Source: Cenarchaeum sp. (GTDB lineage: Archaea > Thermoproteota > Nitrososphaeria > Nitrososphaerales > Nitrosopumilaceae). From it: a DNA stretch of 64,000 nt. How positions within the stretch are numbered: position 1 is the first letter of the stretch; every line of letters starts with the position of its first letter. The position numbers and the translations under genes were made by a program. Below are positions 34,311 to 44,399 of the stretch, in pieces. The stretch covers positions 1,216,001-1,280,000 of the forward strand of contig CBDESU010000002.1 of the NCBI GenBank assembly GCA_965242695.1. Reading direction: 5' to 3'. A model generated the notes under the pieces. The model made no database searches and was not told where the DNA came from. It worked only from the letters and a program-made list of their open reading frames with translations.

Positions 34311-34406
34311 GGCGGTATAGGCAGTGACCGGCGCCTTGGCCGCCGCCCTGCGCGGCACCGGGCGATTTTTCTCACGCCTACGCGAAGGGTATATAGCTTA
34401 ACCTGC

Positions 34407-34607
34407 ATGCGCCACTTCCCGATGATGAGGGAGGTCAAGCCGCTCAGCGACCGCCAGTGGGCCATGGTCATAGAGCAACTGAGGGAGGGTCCTACTCCCG
34501 AGATGAGGAGTGGGATTGAGATGGCCATGGAGCGGGCCAAACACATAAAGGAGATCAGCTATGAAGAGGTCGAAAGGCGCCGAAGGCGAGCAGCGAAAGA
34601 GTCCTGA
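34407..34607 (+). CDS. Putative antitoxin resembling the C-terminal part of DUF1778/TacA
   Basis: 66 aa, LSDRQWAMVIEQLREGPTPEM; TATATA box upstream; overlaps the GNAT gene. Confidence 0.6.
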   Translation: MRHFPMMREVKPLSDRQWAMVIEQLREGPTPEMRSGIEMAMERAKHIKEISYEEVERRRRRAAKES

Positions 34608-35084
34608 GATTACCTTGGTGCACGCCGGCACTGATCCCGACCCAAACTTCGATTGCCGAAACCCCGAGTTCAACGACTACTACAGAGTCACTTCCTACAG
34701 TGACATGGAAGAGGGCCTGAACCTAACGTGGCAGTATATTGACGACAAGGGGGGCACGTTTGCCTACATCTCGGTCGCGGCGGCGCACCTGCGGCCCGGC
34801 CGCGACCCTGCCCTGCAGGGGACGGGCTACGGCAACATCCCTGCACTGCTCGTCGGCTACCCTACCACCGACAAGGATCACGAGCGGCAGGGGGTGGCCA
34901 CTGACCTTTTACTCTGGTCGATCGAAGAGGCAATGCGCCTGTCGGAGGGGATTGGCTGCCGCATCGTCATGCTCAACCCCGTCAGCATCCCGATGCCATG
35001 AGATTCTGCCACAGCCTCGGCTTTATTGCGGCCCTATGCGGCTTCAGACACCGCAGGTGGACGCAGGTCGACTTCGATTGCTAA
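34561..35084 (+). pseudogene. GNAT acetyltransferase toxin (TacT/AtaT-like), frameshifted near 34986
   Basis: FDCRN.EFNDY, PALLVG..TD..RQGVA..LL, GCRIVML; the A..F...LGF motif (DAMRFCHSLGF) continues in the -1 frame to TAA 35084. Confidence 0.7.
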
Positions 35085-35236
35085 AAGCGGCGCGCAACCG
35101 CCGTGCGCCCCTGCTATGCGCCCGACCGGGCGCCTGGGAAGAGGGCGACCTGTACACAACAGGGCCCGCCGCTATGGGACGGGGCGCGGCCCCGGCTGGC
35201 CCCGCGCGCCGCGCCCCTCCGGGCTGCCGTTTTTCG

Positions 35237-38200
35237 TCAGTCTGCCCGTTCGCCGCCGCCGCCGTCGCCCGAGCTTCCAAGCCTGCGCGCCAGCCTCAGT
35301 GCGACAAGCCTGGCGAGCTCGTCCCTGATGGCGGCCTTTTCCGCACCGCCAAATCCCAGCGTGCCTAGCACCGCGTCGTCGAGCGCATCCCGATCAAGCG
35401 TCTCGCAGTATGATTCCCACGCCTTGCCGAGATCTGACGCCGCCTTCTTCGGCATGTCCTTGAGGCGGGGGATCGGGACGGGGTTGAAGTTTTTCACCTC
35501 CACGCTCAGGGCGCCGCCACCCATCGGATTTCCGCACCTCTCCAAGTGCAGGCCAAACCACGATGATGCAAAGTACGCCATATACGCCCGCGCGTAGGAC
35601 GCGGCCTCTGGGGTGTACGACACGAACGTGTTCGTCGCACGGTATGTTCCCGCGTTCTCGTACACCTTGATCCTGTCGCCTATTATGCGGCTCAGGAAGA
35701 TCGGCGGGGGCGGACGCCTGTCCAGGCCGAGCGAGTACCAGAACCTGCGTGATGACATGGTCGGCAAGTCCGGCAGCAGGGCAGTTGTCCGCCGGCCCTC
35801 CTTTTTGGTCGGCGCTTCCGTGGCCTCACCCCTCTCTATGTATCGAAGTACCGCGGCCCCTCTGCGCCTGCCTGCCAGGGCTCCCTTCCCGTCGTCTACG
35901 CTGAGCAGGTAGGACTCGGCGTTTCCATCCGCCAGCACGGGGCTGTCGCCGCCGGTCACGTGCGGGGCCGCGTATTCCAGGCCTATTCCATTCTTCGCCA
36001 TGTCGTCCTTGTTTAGCACAAAAAACTCGGCGTTTCCAGTCACGACCCCGCGCCGCACAGCGCCGCCCTCGTCCATTCTCTGCATCGGGGCGGTCGGCTC
36101 GGCGACGGCTTTGTGGAACAGCGAGTTCCAGTTGCCGGGCCTGATCGCGCCCTGCCCCTTGCGCAGCACGGCACTGGGGCGCATCAGGTCAAAGTCGTGC
36201 GCGGAACGGGCGCTTGCCAGCTCCACGACGCTTTCCCCGGACGGGCGCACCCGCCTGAGCAGAACCACGGCCGTGTTCACGTCGGCGTCCTCGAACACCT
36301 TGAACTCGGGGACGACAATAGACGTGATCTCGGCGTTGTCCAGGATCGCCCTCTGGAGCGCCAGCCCGTAGTCCGAGTGCAGCCAGCCGTCGCTCGATAT
36401 GAAGCCGAGGCGGCCGCCCTCGGCCAGGTTCGCCAGGGAGTGGTAGTAAAAGTAGCACCCGAGGTCGCTCGTCCTGGGCACCTCGAAGCCGTCCCCGAGG
36501 TCGAGCGGCGGCGCCTGCGCATGCCGAGGCGGCCTGGCCCCCTTCGTCGCGCCGGCCACGTCCTCGTGCCTAACGAACGGCGGGTTGCCGACGATCACGG
36601 AAAACCCCGGCTTGTCGCGGCCGAACACTCCGGGAAACGCCTCCTCCCAGTCGAGCCCGCCGTTTGAGACGCTGTCGCCGGCCACTATGTTGCGCGAGAG
36701 ATCGGGGAGGCTCTCGCCGCGCGAAGCAGTCAGCAGGAACAGGGATAGGCGCGTTATCTCGACCGACTGCACGTTTATGTCCACGCCGTATATGTTGTCG
36801 CGCACTATGGATCTTATCCTGGCGTCGTCTATGGCGGGATTGAGCGTTCCGTGGTCAATGTCGCCGTTCGTCTCCCTGTACCCCCTCATCGTCCGGTGTA
36901 TGTCGAGAAGGGTGGCGACGGCCTCTGTCAGGAATGCGCCCGACCCGCATGCGGGATCGAGTATCTTGATCCGGGCCAAACGATCGTCCAGGGCACTCAG
37001 GTCGTCGGCGTACTCGGCGACAAGGGACGCAGGATCCTCGGCCGCCCCGGACCTTGAGAGGTGCGGTATGATCGTCCTGCGGCAGACGTACCTGGTTATG
37101 TACTCTGGGGTATAGTAGACGCCCTCGCGCTTCCTCCTGTAAGTCTTCTTCCCTGACAGCTCTTCGAGGTCGCCGAGCGAGTGCTCGAATATGTGCCCGA
37201 GTATGCTCACGCGCACTTGGCTGGCATAGTCGTACGATGAGAGGGCCAGCAGGTTCTTGATGACGGGGTTGACGTCGGCGTGTCGGCGTACCGCCCCCTC
37301 GATTTTTTCCTTGAACTCCCACGACCGGCGTCCCGCCTTCTGCTCTATGTCTCCGAAGAATCCACTCTCTCGCCTGTCCCGAAAGTGCAGGCGCGCATCG
37401 ATCTCCGTGCCGAACAGTCCGCCGTTGAACGCCGCGACGTTTGGATCGTCCGATCCTTCGTTGAACCAGCCGAACAGCTCGCCGCAGATGAACAGCCAGA
37501 CGCGCTTGGAGCTGCGCCTGGGATCGGAGTACAGCTGCTTGATCACGCCGTCGACAAATAGGTCCTTTTCGCCGACGAGCTCGCCGTCCTCCACGAAGAA
37601 TATGAATATAAGGCGGTTGAGGAACGACTGCGCAGCCGAGACCGCCTCGTCCCTTGTGGCCCCGCACTCCTCGAACTCCCTGACCAGCATGAGGCGGGTT
37701 TGGCCATAGAGCGCGTAGAACTCGCCCGTCAGTTCCCTCTCCTCGTCAGCGGTTTCGCCCCGGGCGCGCTCCGCAACGCCCCCGTCTATTGACTCTCTCG
37801 AGAAGACCGCGATAAACTCTGCCAGCCTTCCGGGATCCTGCCTGACCTCCTCAAAGTCAAACTCGTGGTGCTTTTGCGTCCCGGTCTCCCTTGAGAGCAG
37901 GACAAAGCGCCGGTAGTTGGTGCATATCCCGTAGCTGGCCCCCGTGCTCCCCATGTAGTCCCACAGCTGCTTTACCGGAGTGTAGTGCTCCATCTTGGCA
38001 CGGTGCTGCGGGGCAAACAGGTCCTTTGTTGCCGTCCCCTTTACCTCGAAACACACGCCTGCCCCTCCGCCTCCGCCTCCGCCGTTGCCGCGGTACTGGA
38101 ATTCGACCCTGTCCTCAAACACCAAATCGTCGATCGGATAGCCGAGCATGTCGGAGAGCACGATTTTTGCAAACTTCGGGTAGTTTCTCTGCTCTCCTGC

Positions 38201-38323
38201 AAGCTCGCCTGCCCCAAGTAATGCCAGCCATTGCCCTGCCGCGTCGCGCTGCCGCCGATTCGGCCTTGCGCTGGCGCACATGCCCTTGACGGTCAGGGGA
38301 GAAAAGAGGCGGTTGTCCCTCAT
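35237..38323 (-). CDS. Type IIG (Eco57I-like) fused restriction endonuclease / N6-adenine methyltransferase
   Basis: N-terminal FEVKG..QLWDYM..GICTN; GVYYTP, ILDPACGSGAFL, IVGNPPF; C-terminal TRD; GGAGG SD. Confidence 0.88.
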   Translation of the reverse strand: MRDNRLFSPLTVKGMCASARPNRRQRDAAGQWLALLGAGELAGEQRNYPKFAKIVLSDMLGYPIDDLVFEDRVEFQYRGNGGGGGGGAGVCFEVKGTATKDLFAPQHRAKMEHYTPVKQLWDYMGSTGASYGICTNYRRFVLLSRETGTQKHHEFDFEEVRQDPGRLAEFIAVFSRESIDGGVAERARGETADEERELTGEFYALYGQTRLMLVREFEECGATRDEAVSAAQSFLNRLIFIFFVEDGELVGEKDLFVDGVIKQLYSDPRRSSKRVWLFICGELFGWFNEGSDDPNVAAFNGGLFGTEIDARLHFRDRRESGFFGDIEQKAGRRSWEFKEKIEGAVRRHADVNPVIKNLLALSSYDYASQVRVSILGHIFEHSLGDLEELSGKKTYRRKREGVYYTPEYITRYVCRRTIIPHLSRSGAAEDPASLVAEYADDLSALDDRLARIKILDPACGSGAFLTEAVATLLDIHRTMRGYRETNGDIDHGTLNPAIDDARIRSIVRDNIYGVDINVQSVEITRLSLFLLTASRGESLPDLSRNIVAGDSVSNGGLDWEEAFPGVFGRDKPGFSVIVGNPPFVRHEDVAGATKGARPPRHAQAPPLDLGDGFEVPRTSDLGCYFYYHSLANLAEGGRLGFISSDGWLHSDYGLALQRAILDNAEITSIVVPEFKVFEDADVNTAVVLLRRVRPSGESVVELASARSAHDFDLMRPSAVLRKGQGAIRPGNWNSLFHKAVAEPTAPMQRMDEGGAVRRGVVTGNAEFFVLNKDDMAKNGIGLEYAAPHVTGGDSPVLADGNAESYLLSVDDGKGALAGRRRGAAVLRYIERGEATEAPTKKEGRRTTALLPDLPTMSSRRFWYSLGLDRRPPPPIFLSRIIGDRIKVYENAGTYRATNTFVSYTPEAASYARAYMAYFASSWFGLHLERCGNPMGGGALSVEVKNFNPVPIPRLKDMPKKAASDLGKAWESYCETLDRDALDDAVLGTLGFGGAEKAAIRDELARLVALRLARRLGSSGDGGGGERAD

Positions 38324-38975
38324 CGGACCTCCCTCCTAGCGTCACGGGCAGGGTGCGCGAATGCCGGCCTTATGTCCTGAATCGACTGTCCCTGTCGCAC
38401 TCGCCGCGGGCCCGTTTCGTCCATATGTGCGCAGCTTTGAATCGATATTTAAACCACCTTGCGATCGGACTGCCAAGTGCGGATGCGCCTCTCTCGCCCC
38501 GCCGCAGCGTTCACAGGAGGCGCCCTTCGCGCGCGATGGCGGCGCGGCGGGTGCGGTCACCTCCCCCTGCCGAGCTCACAGGAGGGGTGCGGGCGCCCGT
38601 CATGGGCATGGGGCAGGCGGAGTCCGGCCGCTTCCGCGGGCGCCCGCCGCCCTGCACAGCTGCCCGGGCCGCGCGCCGGCCGGCCGATGCGCCGCGCCAT
38701 GACGCGCCCGTCTTCGCGCCCTGTTTGCTCCGGAGCCTCGGTTGATCTGCGCCGCCAGGCCGGCGCCGGCGTATGGGGAGCGGGCGGGCGAAGAGGTGCC
38801 TTGCGGCCAGCCTTGCCGCCGCCTCCCGACGCCGCCGGAGCCATGGCGGCTTGGCGCAGATGGAGTCGATCGCGCCGGATCGAATGCGCGAGCGACGTGG
38901 CGCGCCGCAGCGGCTCCGTCCCAATGCCCGTGTCTTGGACGCCTGCCTGCATGGGCGTATGCATGCCCCGCACTT

Positions 38976-39169
38976 GCCGCTTCCCGATGATGGGGGGCGC
39001 CAAGCCGCTCAGCGACCTCGGGCGGGCCGCGGCCGTGGGGCATCTGAGGGAGGGCCCGACCCCCGAATGGGGCGCGGCATCGAGGTGGCCGGGGAGCGGG
39101 CCGAGCAGACGGGGGAGATCCGCCCTGGAGTGCCGAACGGCGCCGCAGGCGGCGGCGGCAGAGTCCGAG
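38976..39169 (+). pseudogene. Decayed copy of the 34407-34607 antitoxin gene
   Basis: RFPMMGGAKPLSD..LREGPTPE vs HFPMMREVKPLSD..LREGPTPE; indels; aligns over ~195 nt. Confidence 0.85.
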
Positions 39170-39227
39170 GCCTCCGCCCTAGCGCCGCCTGTAAGTTATA
39201 AGTGCCGCCGCCTGCCCCGCCGCCGCA

Positions 39228-41258
39228 TTGCTAGTCCTCAACCCGTTCATGGCCATGGTCTTTGCGGCGTTCCTGGCGTCGGCGGTGATCATCACGCTGT
39301 ACACGTGCAACTTTTACTACCTTGCGTTCCTCTCGTCGCGCCGCCGCGAGGCGCACGAGACGGCCGACGGCGGGGGGGCGTGCCCGACCGTGACGGTGCA
39401 GCTGCCCATCTACAACGAGCGGTACGTCGCCGCCCGCCTCATCGACTCGGTCTGCGCCATGGACTATCCCAAGGAGCGCATGCGGATCATGGTCCTCGAC
39501 GACTCGAACGACGGCACCGTCGAGATGGTCGGGGGAATGGTAGAGGACTACCGCCGCAGGGGGTACGACATAGAGCACGTGCGGCGCGGCACGCGAAGCG
39601 GCTACAAGGCCGGCGCCCTCAAGCACGCCATGAAGACGACCGACACCGACTTTGTGGCCATATTCGACGCCGACTTTATGCCGCCCGAGTGGTTCCTGCG
39701 CCGGGCAATACCGCACTTTGCGAGCCCCGGCATCGGCCTGGTGCAGTGCAGGTGGGGCCACGTCAACGAGAACTATTCTGCGATAACGCAGGCGCAGGCG
39801 CTCAGCCTCGACTTCCACTTCCTCATAGAGCAGAGGGCCAAGAGCAACTCGCACCTGTTCATGAACTTCAACGGGACCGCCGGCGTGTGGCGGCGCGAGT
39901 GCATCGAGGACGCCGGCGGGTGGCACACGGCCACGCTCGTCGAGGACCTCGACCTCAGCTACAGGGCCCAGATGCGCGGGTGGAAGTGCCTCTTCGTCTC
40001 GGACATGGTCGTCGACGCCGAGCTGCCCGTGCAGATGAACGCGGCAAAGCGCCAGCAGTTCCGCTGGGCAAAGGGGTCCATACAGTGCGCCCTAAAGCTC
40101 CTCTCGGACATAATCGTCGAGCGCAAGGTCGCCGCCGAGGCGAAGGTGCAGGCGTTCGTCCAGCTCACGCGGCACATCGTCTTCCCGCTCATGCTCGTGC
40201 AGTTCCTCACGCTGCCGGTCCTGCTCGCCTCGGGCGTCAGCCTGTACCTGGTGTCGTTCCTGCCGGCCCTCACGATAGGGGCGTACCTTGCGATGGGGCC
40301 GGGCGCGTACGCCGTCATCATGCGGCAGATGTACCGCAGCTCGTGGCGCGCCAAGATCAGGGTCCTGCCGGCCCTGATGCTGTACGGGTTCGGCATGTCG
40401 GTGAACAACACGGTGGCCGTCTTCGATGCAGTCTTCGGCAAGAAGAACGAGTTTTTGCGCACGCCAAAGTTCGGCATCGTCAGCAAGGGCGACGACTGGC
40501 GCGGCAAGGCGTACAACCTGCCATTCACAAAGACGACGCTCCTAGAGATATTCTTCGCCGTGTACGGCATACTCGGCGTCTTCATCGCCATCCTCTCGAA
40601 CAACGCCCTGTTCGCGCCGATCATAGGCATGCAGGCGGCCGGCTACGTCTACATCTCGTACCTGAGCCTGTCGCACTCGCGGTTCAAAAGGCATAAATCG
40701 CCAAGGCGCCCCGCGCCGAGCCGGGAGGAGCGCATGGCCGACGCGGTGTACAAGGTTGCGGTGGGAGGCATACTGGCGATCATCGCCGCCGGCGTGTACG
40801 TCGCGATCGACGGGTACGCCGCCGGCGTGTACCCGCTCGACCTTGCGCGCGGCCACCTGGCCGAGGTCGTCCGCTCGACCGATCCGGTCGCCGTCACGGC
40901 CCTCGTGGCCGACACAAAGGCGCTGCTCCCCGAGGGCGGCAACCCCGTGTGGATATTTGCGACGTCGGACACGGACTGGGGCATCATGCAGGCGCAGCTC
41001 GACGGCATGTCGGCGACGGCCCTTGCCATATCGCGCTCGCCCGTCGACAGCTCGGCGTACCACACGGGCATGTCCAACATAAAGGCCGCCGCCGACGAGA
41101 TACGCGTGAGCATATCGGCGGCGACCCCGTACATGTACGTCAACCCGATGACGATGCTGGTCAGCTGCCTGTGGGTCGCCGCCATAATCGGGATATTCGC
41201 CGTCCTCAAGCGGCGCCGCGAGCGCCTCGTAGAGTACGACGCCTCGCAGGACGTGTAG
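39228..41258 (+). CDS. Processive GT2 glycosyltransferase (cellulose-synthase-like), multi-TM
   Basis: QLPIYNE, VLDDS, KAGAL, FDAD, VEDLD, QQFRWAKG (D,D,D,QxxRW). Confidence 0.9.
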   Translation: MLVLNPFMAMVFAAFLASAVIITLYTCNFYYLAFLSSRRREAHETADGGGACPTVTVQLPIYNERYVAARLIDSVCAMDYPKERMRIMVLDDSNDGTVEMVGGMVEDYRRRGYDIEHVRRGTRSGYKAGALKHAMKTTDTDFVAIFDADFMPPEWFLRRAIPHFASPGIGLVQCRWGHVNENYSAITQAQALSLDFHFLIEQRAKSNSHLFMNFNGTAGVWRRECIEDAGGWHTATLVEDLDLSYRAQMRGWKCLFVSDMVVDAELPVQMNAAKRQQFRWAKGSIQCALKLLSDIIVERKVAAEAKVQAFVQLTRHIVFPLMLVQFLTLPVLLASGVSLYLVSFLPALTIGAYLAMGPGAYAVIMRQMYRSSWRAKIRVLPALMLYGFGMSVNNTVAVFDAVFGKKNEFLRTPKFGIVSKGDDWRGKAYNLPFTKTTLLEIFFAVYGILGVFIAILSNNALFAPIIGMQAAGYVYISYLSLSHSRFKRHKSPRRPAPSREERMADAVYKVAVGGILAIIAAGVYVAIDGYAAGVYPLDLARGHLAEVVRSTDPVAVTALVADTKALLPEGGNPVWIFATSDTDWGIMQAQLDGMSATALAISRSPVDSSAYHTGMSNIKAAADEIRVSISAATPYMYVNPMTMLVSCLWVAAIIGIFAVLKRRRERLVEYDASQDV

Positions 41259-41265
41259 CGGGGCG

Positions 41266-43611
41266 CTACGGCCGCCGGTCCTCGACGTCCATGCCGAGCT
41301 CGGCGCGCAGCTCGGCGACCGCGCGGGCCCCGTACACGTCCCTCACCTGCCGCTCCCTGACGGCCTCCCCGACCGCATCCCTGCCCAGCCGGGCGACGAG
41401 GAGGGCGAGCGCGTCCGAAAAGCGCACGTCCCAGCGGTCGGCGCACTCTAGTATCCTGGAGACGGCCCACCGCCGCACCTCTGCCGGCCGGATCCCCGCA
41501 CCGCCGCCCTGGGCGCGGCCGAGAATGCCCGCAATGTCCGCGGTCCGTGACGCCATCGCGTCGAGATCGTCGGCCCCGCCGTACTTTGACTCGGCGCGCA
41601 TTCCGATGCCGGACCGGTACTCGGAGAGCCTGAGGATTGCCGTCGCGTCGGCGGACGGGCCGCCCGGTGCGCCGCCCTCCGCCTCGCGGGGCCCGCGCAG
41701 CCGGCCGAGGGCCGCGCCGGCGCTTGCGCGGAACTCGGACGCGGACGCCTCGGAGCGGGACAATGCATCTGCGAGCGAGTCGATGCGGCGCTCGATCGAG
41801 TCCGTCCGGGATGCCAGGTCGTCCCCAAGCCGTGCAATGTCCGCCTCGGCGGCCCCTGAGGGCTCGGCCGCCGGCGCCTGCGCATCGCCGCGCTCGGCAA
41901 TCTTGGCGAGCGCATCCAGCTTTGACTCGATCGACCCGATGCGGACGGCAAGGGCGGGATCCGCGCCCGGGCGCGCACCCGCCGTGGCAGCGCGCGCCTT
42001 GATCTCGGCGGCCGCCTCGCCGGCGGCGGATGCCGCGGCGTCGGCCCTCGAGGCCGCGCGCTCGACCTGCTCGCGCATGGCGGCCACCTCGGTTGCGACC
42101 GCCGTGGCCGCGGCGTCGGCCCTCGAGGCCGCGCGCTCGACCTGCTCGCGCATGGCGGCCACCTCTGTTGCGACCGCCGATGCATCGAGGCCGCCGGCCC
42201 CTGCCGACAGCGGTGCGCCGGCCCCCTTGCGGCCCTCGACCTGCTCGCGCATGGCGGCCACCTCGGTTGCGACCGCCGATGCATCGGGGACGCCGCCGGA
42301 TTCCATTGCCGCCGCCGGGGACCCTGGGCCTTCCCCTGCCGCCTCTTCCCCTGCCCCTGTCCTGCCGGACAGCCGCCCGATGGCCTCTTTGACGCCTGCC
42401 ATGTCCGCACGCATGGACTCGATGGCCTCTTTGACGCCTGCCATGTCCTCGGGCATGGTTCCGCCAGAGCCGCCGGCGACCATCTTCACCTTTTCGTCCA
42501 GCGACCGCAGGTCTGCGCCGATTTCCTCGATCTGCCTCCCTGCCGCCAGGACGGCATCCGCCTTGGCGGACGCCTCCCTCAGGGCCCCGTCGATCCTCTC
42601 GCCGATCTTGGCCATCGTGGTAGAGTTGCCCCGTGCCAGGCCGGCGACCTCTGAGATACCTTTCGACATCTCCTCGATGCCGGCAGGCTCCCCTGCGCGG
42701 CTCCCTGCTGCTCCCGTGCTGCCGGCGGGCCCAGCGATGGAGCCAGCGCGGGCCCTCAGCTCTTCCAGCCCCTCGTAGATCTTTTTCGTGTTGCCCTCGA
42801 TCGCCCTTGCCCTGCGCTCGCTGCTCCTGAGGGACTCGGCGGCCCCTGCAAGGCCATCGACCGCCGCCTTCATCGATGCGAGGGCCTCTTGGTTCTCGGC
42901 AAGCGCGCCCGACACGGCCCTCACCTCTGACGCGAGAAGCCTAGCCGACTCGGCCGCGGAGCCGCCCTTCTTGGGAGCCGGCCCCGGAGACACGGCCCTG
43001 CCGGCGCCGCCCTTGGGGGCGGTTCTTGCCCTGCCGGCCTGCTTGGCCGGCATTTCTGCGCCCTTCTTGACTCTAGGCGCCCTTGCCCTGCCGGCCGGCT
43101 TGGCAGCCGCCTTGCCCGATGCCGCCTTCACCTCGGCCTTTCTCTGCCTGCCGGCCCTTGACCTGCCGGCATCCTTTGCCGCCTTGTCTTCGGGCGCCCT
43201 TGCCCTGCCGGCCGGCTTGGCAGCCGCCTTGCCCGATGCCGCCTTCACCTCGGCCTTTCTCTGCCTGCCGGCCCTTGACCTGCCGGCATCTTTTGCCGCC
43301 TTGTCTTCGGGCGCCCTTGCCCTGCCGGCCGGCTTGGCAGCCGCCTTGCCCGATGCCGCCTTCACCTCGGCCTTTCTCTGCCTGCCGGCCCTTGACCTGC
43401 CGGCATCTTTTGCCGCCTTGTCTTCGGGCGCCCTTGCCCTGCCGGCCGGCTTGGCAGCCGCCTTGCCCGATGCCGCCTTCACCTCGGCCTTTCTCTGCAT
43501 GTTGGCAACTGGCTTGGGCACCTCCTCGACCTTCTCTCCTCGCGTCCTCGGCTTGGCGACCCTTGCGCCTCTCAGCACCTTTCCCGCACCGCTTGCCCTT
43601 GCCACTGCCAT
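41266..43611 (-). CDS. Long coiled-coil thaumarchaeal protein with repeat-expanded K/A-rich N-terminus
   Basis: Heptad-rich core; C-terminal ILRLSEY..MRAESKYG, EVRRWAVSRILECADRWDVRFSD. Confidence 0.75.
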   Translation of the reverse strand: MAVARASGAGKVLRGARVAKPRTRGEKVEEVPKPVANMQRKAEVKAASGKAAAKPAGRARAPEDKAAKDAGRSRAGRQRKAEVKAASGKAAAKPAGRARAPEDKAAKDAGRSRAGRQRKAEVKAASGKAAAKPAGRARAPEDKAAKDAGRSRAGRQRKAEVKAASGKAAAKPAGRARAPRVKKGAEMPAKQAGRARTAPKGGAGRAVSPGPAPKKGGSAAESARLLASEVRAVSGALAENQEALASMKAAVDGLAGAAESLRSSERRARAIEGNTKKIYEGLEELRARAGSIAGPAGSTGAAGSRAGEPAGIEEMSKGISEVAGLARGNSTTMAKIGERIDGALREASAKADAVLAAGRQIEEIGADLRSLDEKVKMVAGGSGGTMPEDMAGVKEAIESMRADMAGVKEAIGRLSGRTGAGEEAAGEGPGSPAAAMESGGVPDASAVATEVAAMREQVEGRKGAGAPLSAGAGGLDASAVATEVAAMREQVERAASRADAAATAVATEVAAMREQVERAASRADAAASAAGEAAAEIKARAATAGARPGADPALAVRIGSIESKLDALAKIAERGDAQAPAAEPSGAAEADIARLGDDLASRTDSIERRIDSLADALSRSEASASEFRASAGAALGRLRGPREAEGGAPGGPSADATAILRLSEYRSGIGMRAESKYGGADDLDAMASRTADIAGILGRAQGGGAGIRPAEVRRWAVSRILECADRWDVRFSDALALLVARLGRDAVGEAVRERQVRDVYGARAVAELRAELGMDVEDRRP
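43081..43498 (-). repeat. 117-bp (39-aa) tandem repeat, ~3.5 near-identical copies
   Basis: QRKAEVKAASGKAAAKPAGRARAPEDKAAKDAGRSRAGR repeated; period 117. Confidence 0.9.
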
Positions 43612-44035
43612 GGGGCGGCCTTGATGCTTGGATTAAAAAAAGTTCGCTGGCCGCCGGGGCGCTGCGTGGCAGCGGATGCGCTGGACTTGCAACCTGTGCA
43701 GGGGGCCGGGACGGCTCGAGGCAACGAGTCGTACCGCGCGGCTAGGGCCATCATGCCGCCTGCCCTGCCGCCTGTCCCCGACGAGCAGGCCCCTGCGGCG
43801 GCCGCCCTGTAGCCGGGCGCTTGCGCATCGAGCGAGGCGCGCCTGCCGCCGCCGGCCGGTGCCGGCAGAGGCTGCTCCCAGGACGGCGCCGCCGCGGCTC
43901 TCGGCTCGCAGGCGGCCGGGCGCTGCCCCGCGCGCCGGAACGCGCGGCCGGGCCGCCCCCTCTCCGCCCTGCGGCGGCGCGGGAGCTCCCCTCGCGCCGG
44001 CAAAAAACACAGGCGGGCCGATCGGCCCCGCCCTG

Positions 44036-44137
44036 CTAGCCCTGCGGGCCGTCGTGGAGAATCTCGTGGAGCGTTTTGACGGCCAGGCCGTCAAGGCTGT
44101 CCGCAAAGCCCTTCGTACAGTACCTGCAACTGATCAT
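44036..44137 (-). CDS. 33-aa C2H2 zinc-finger-like peptide (not in ORF track)
   Basis: MISCRYCTKGFADSLDGLAVKTLHEILHDGPQG*; AT-rich TATA region at 44161-44186. Confidence 0.7.
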   Translation of the reverse strand: MISCRYCTKGFADSLDGLAVKTLHEILHDGPQG

Positions 44138-44399
44138 GTTTTCCGGTGCGATTACGGTAGGATATAAGCATATCTTTAGTATATAAGGCGCGGCCGCCCT
44201 GAGGTGCGGCCGCAGGGGTTGCGCCGCCGTCAGATACCCCAGGCGTGTCTCGTCACCATCTCCGGCACCTGCTCTTCATCCGGCCGCGCCCCGCGGCGCC
44301 CCCTCAGCCCGTTAAGAGGTTGCCGCCCCCCGCGCCCTGCGCCGCCGCCCGTACAGGGCGATCGCTAACGCTTTATCGTAGCCCCGCCTGCCCGGCGGC

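Noticed and set aside
34411-39169. DGR-like adenine mutagenesis between the antitoxin copies
   Set aside because: T->C changes and indels are also frequent and no RT is present; better explained as GC-biased decay
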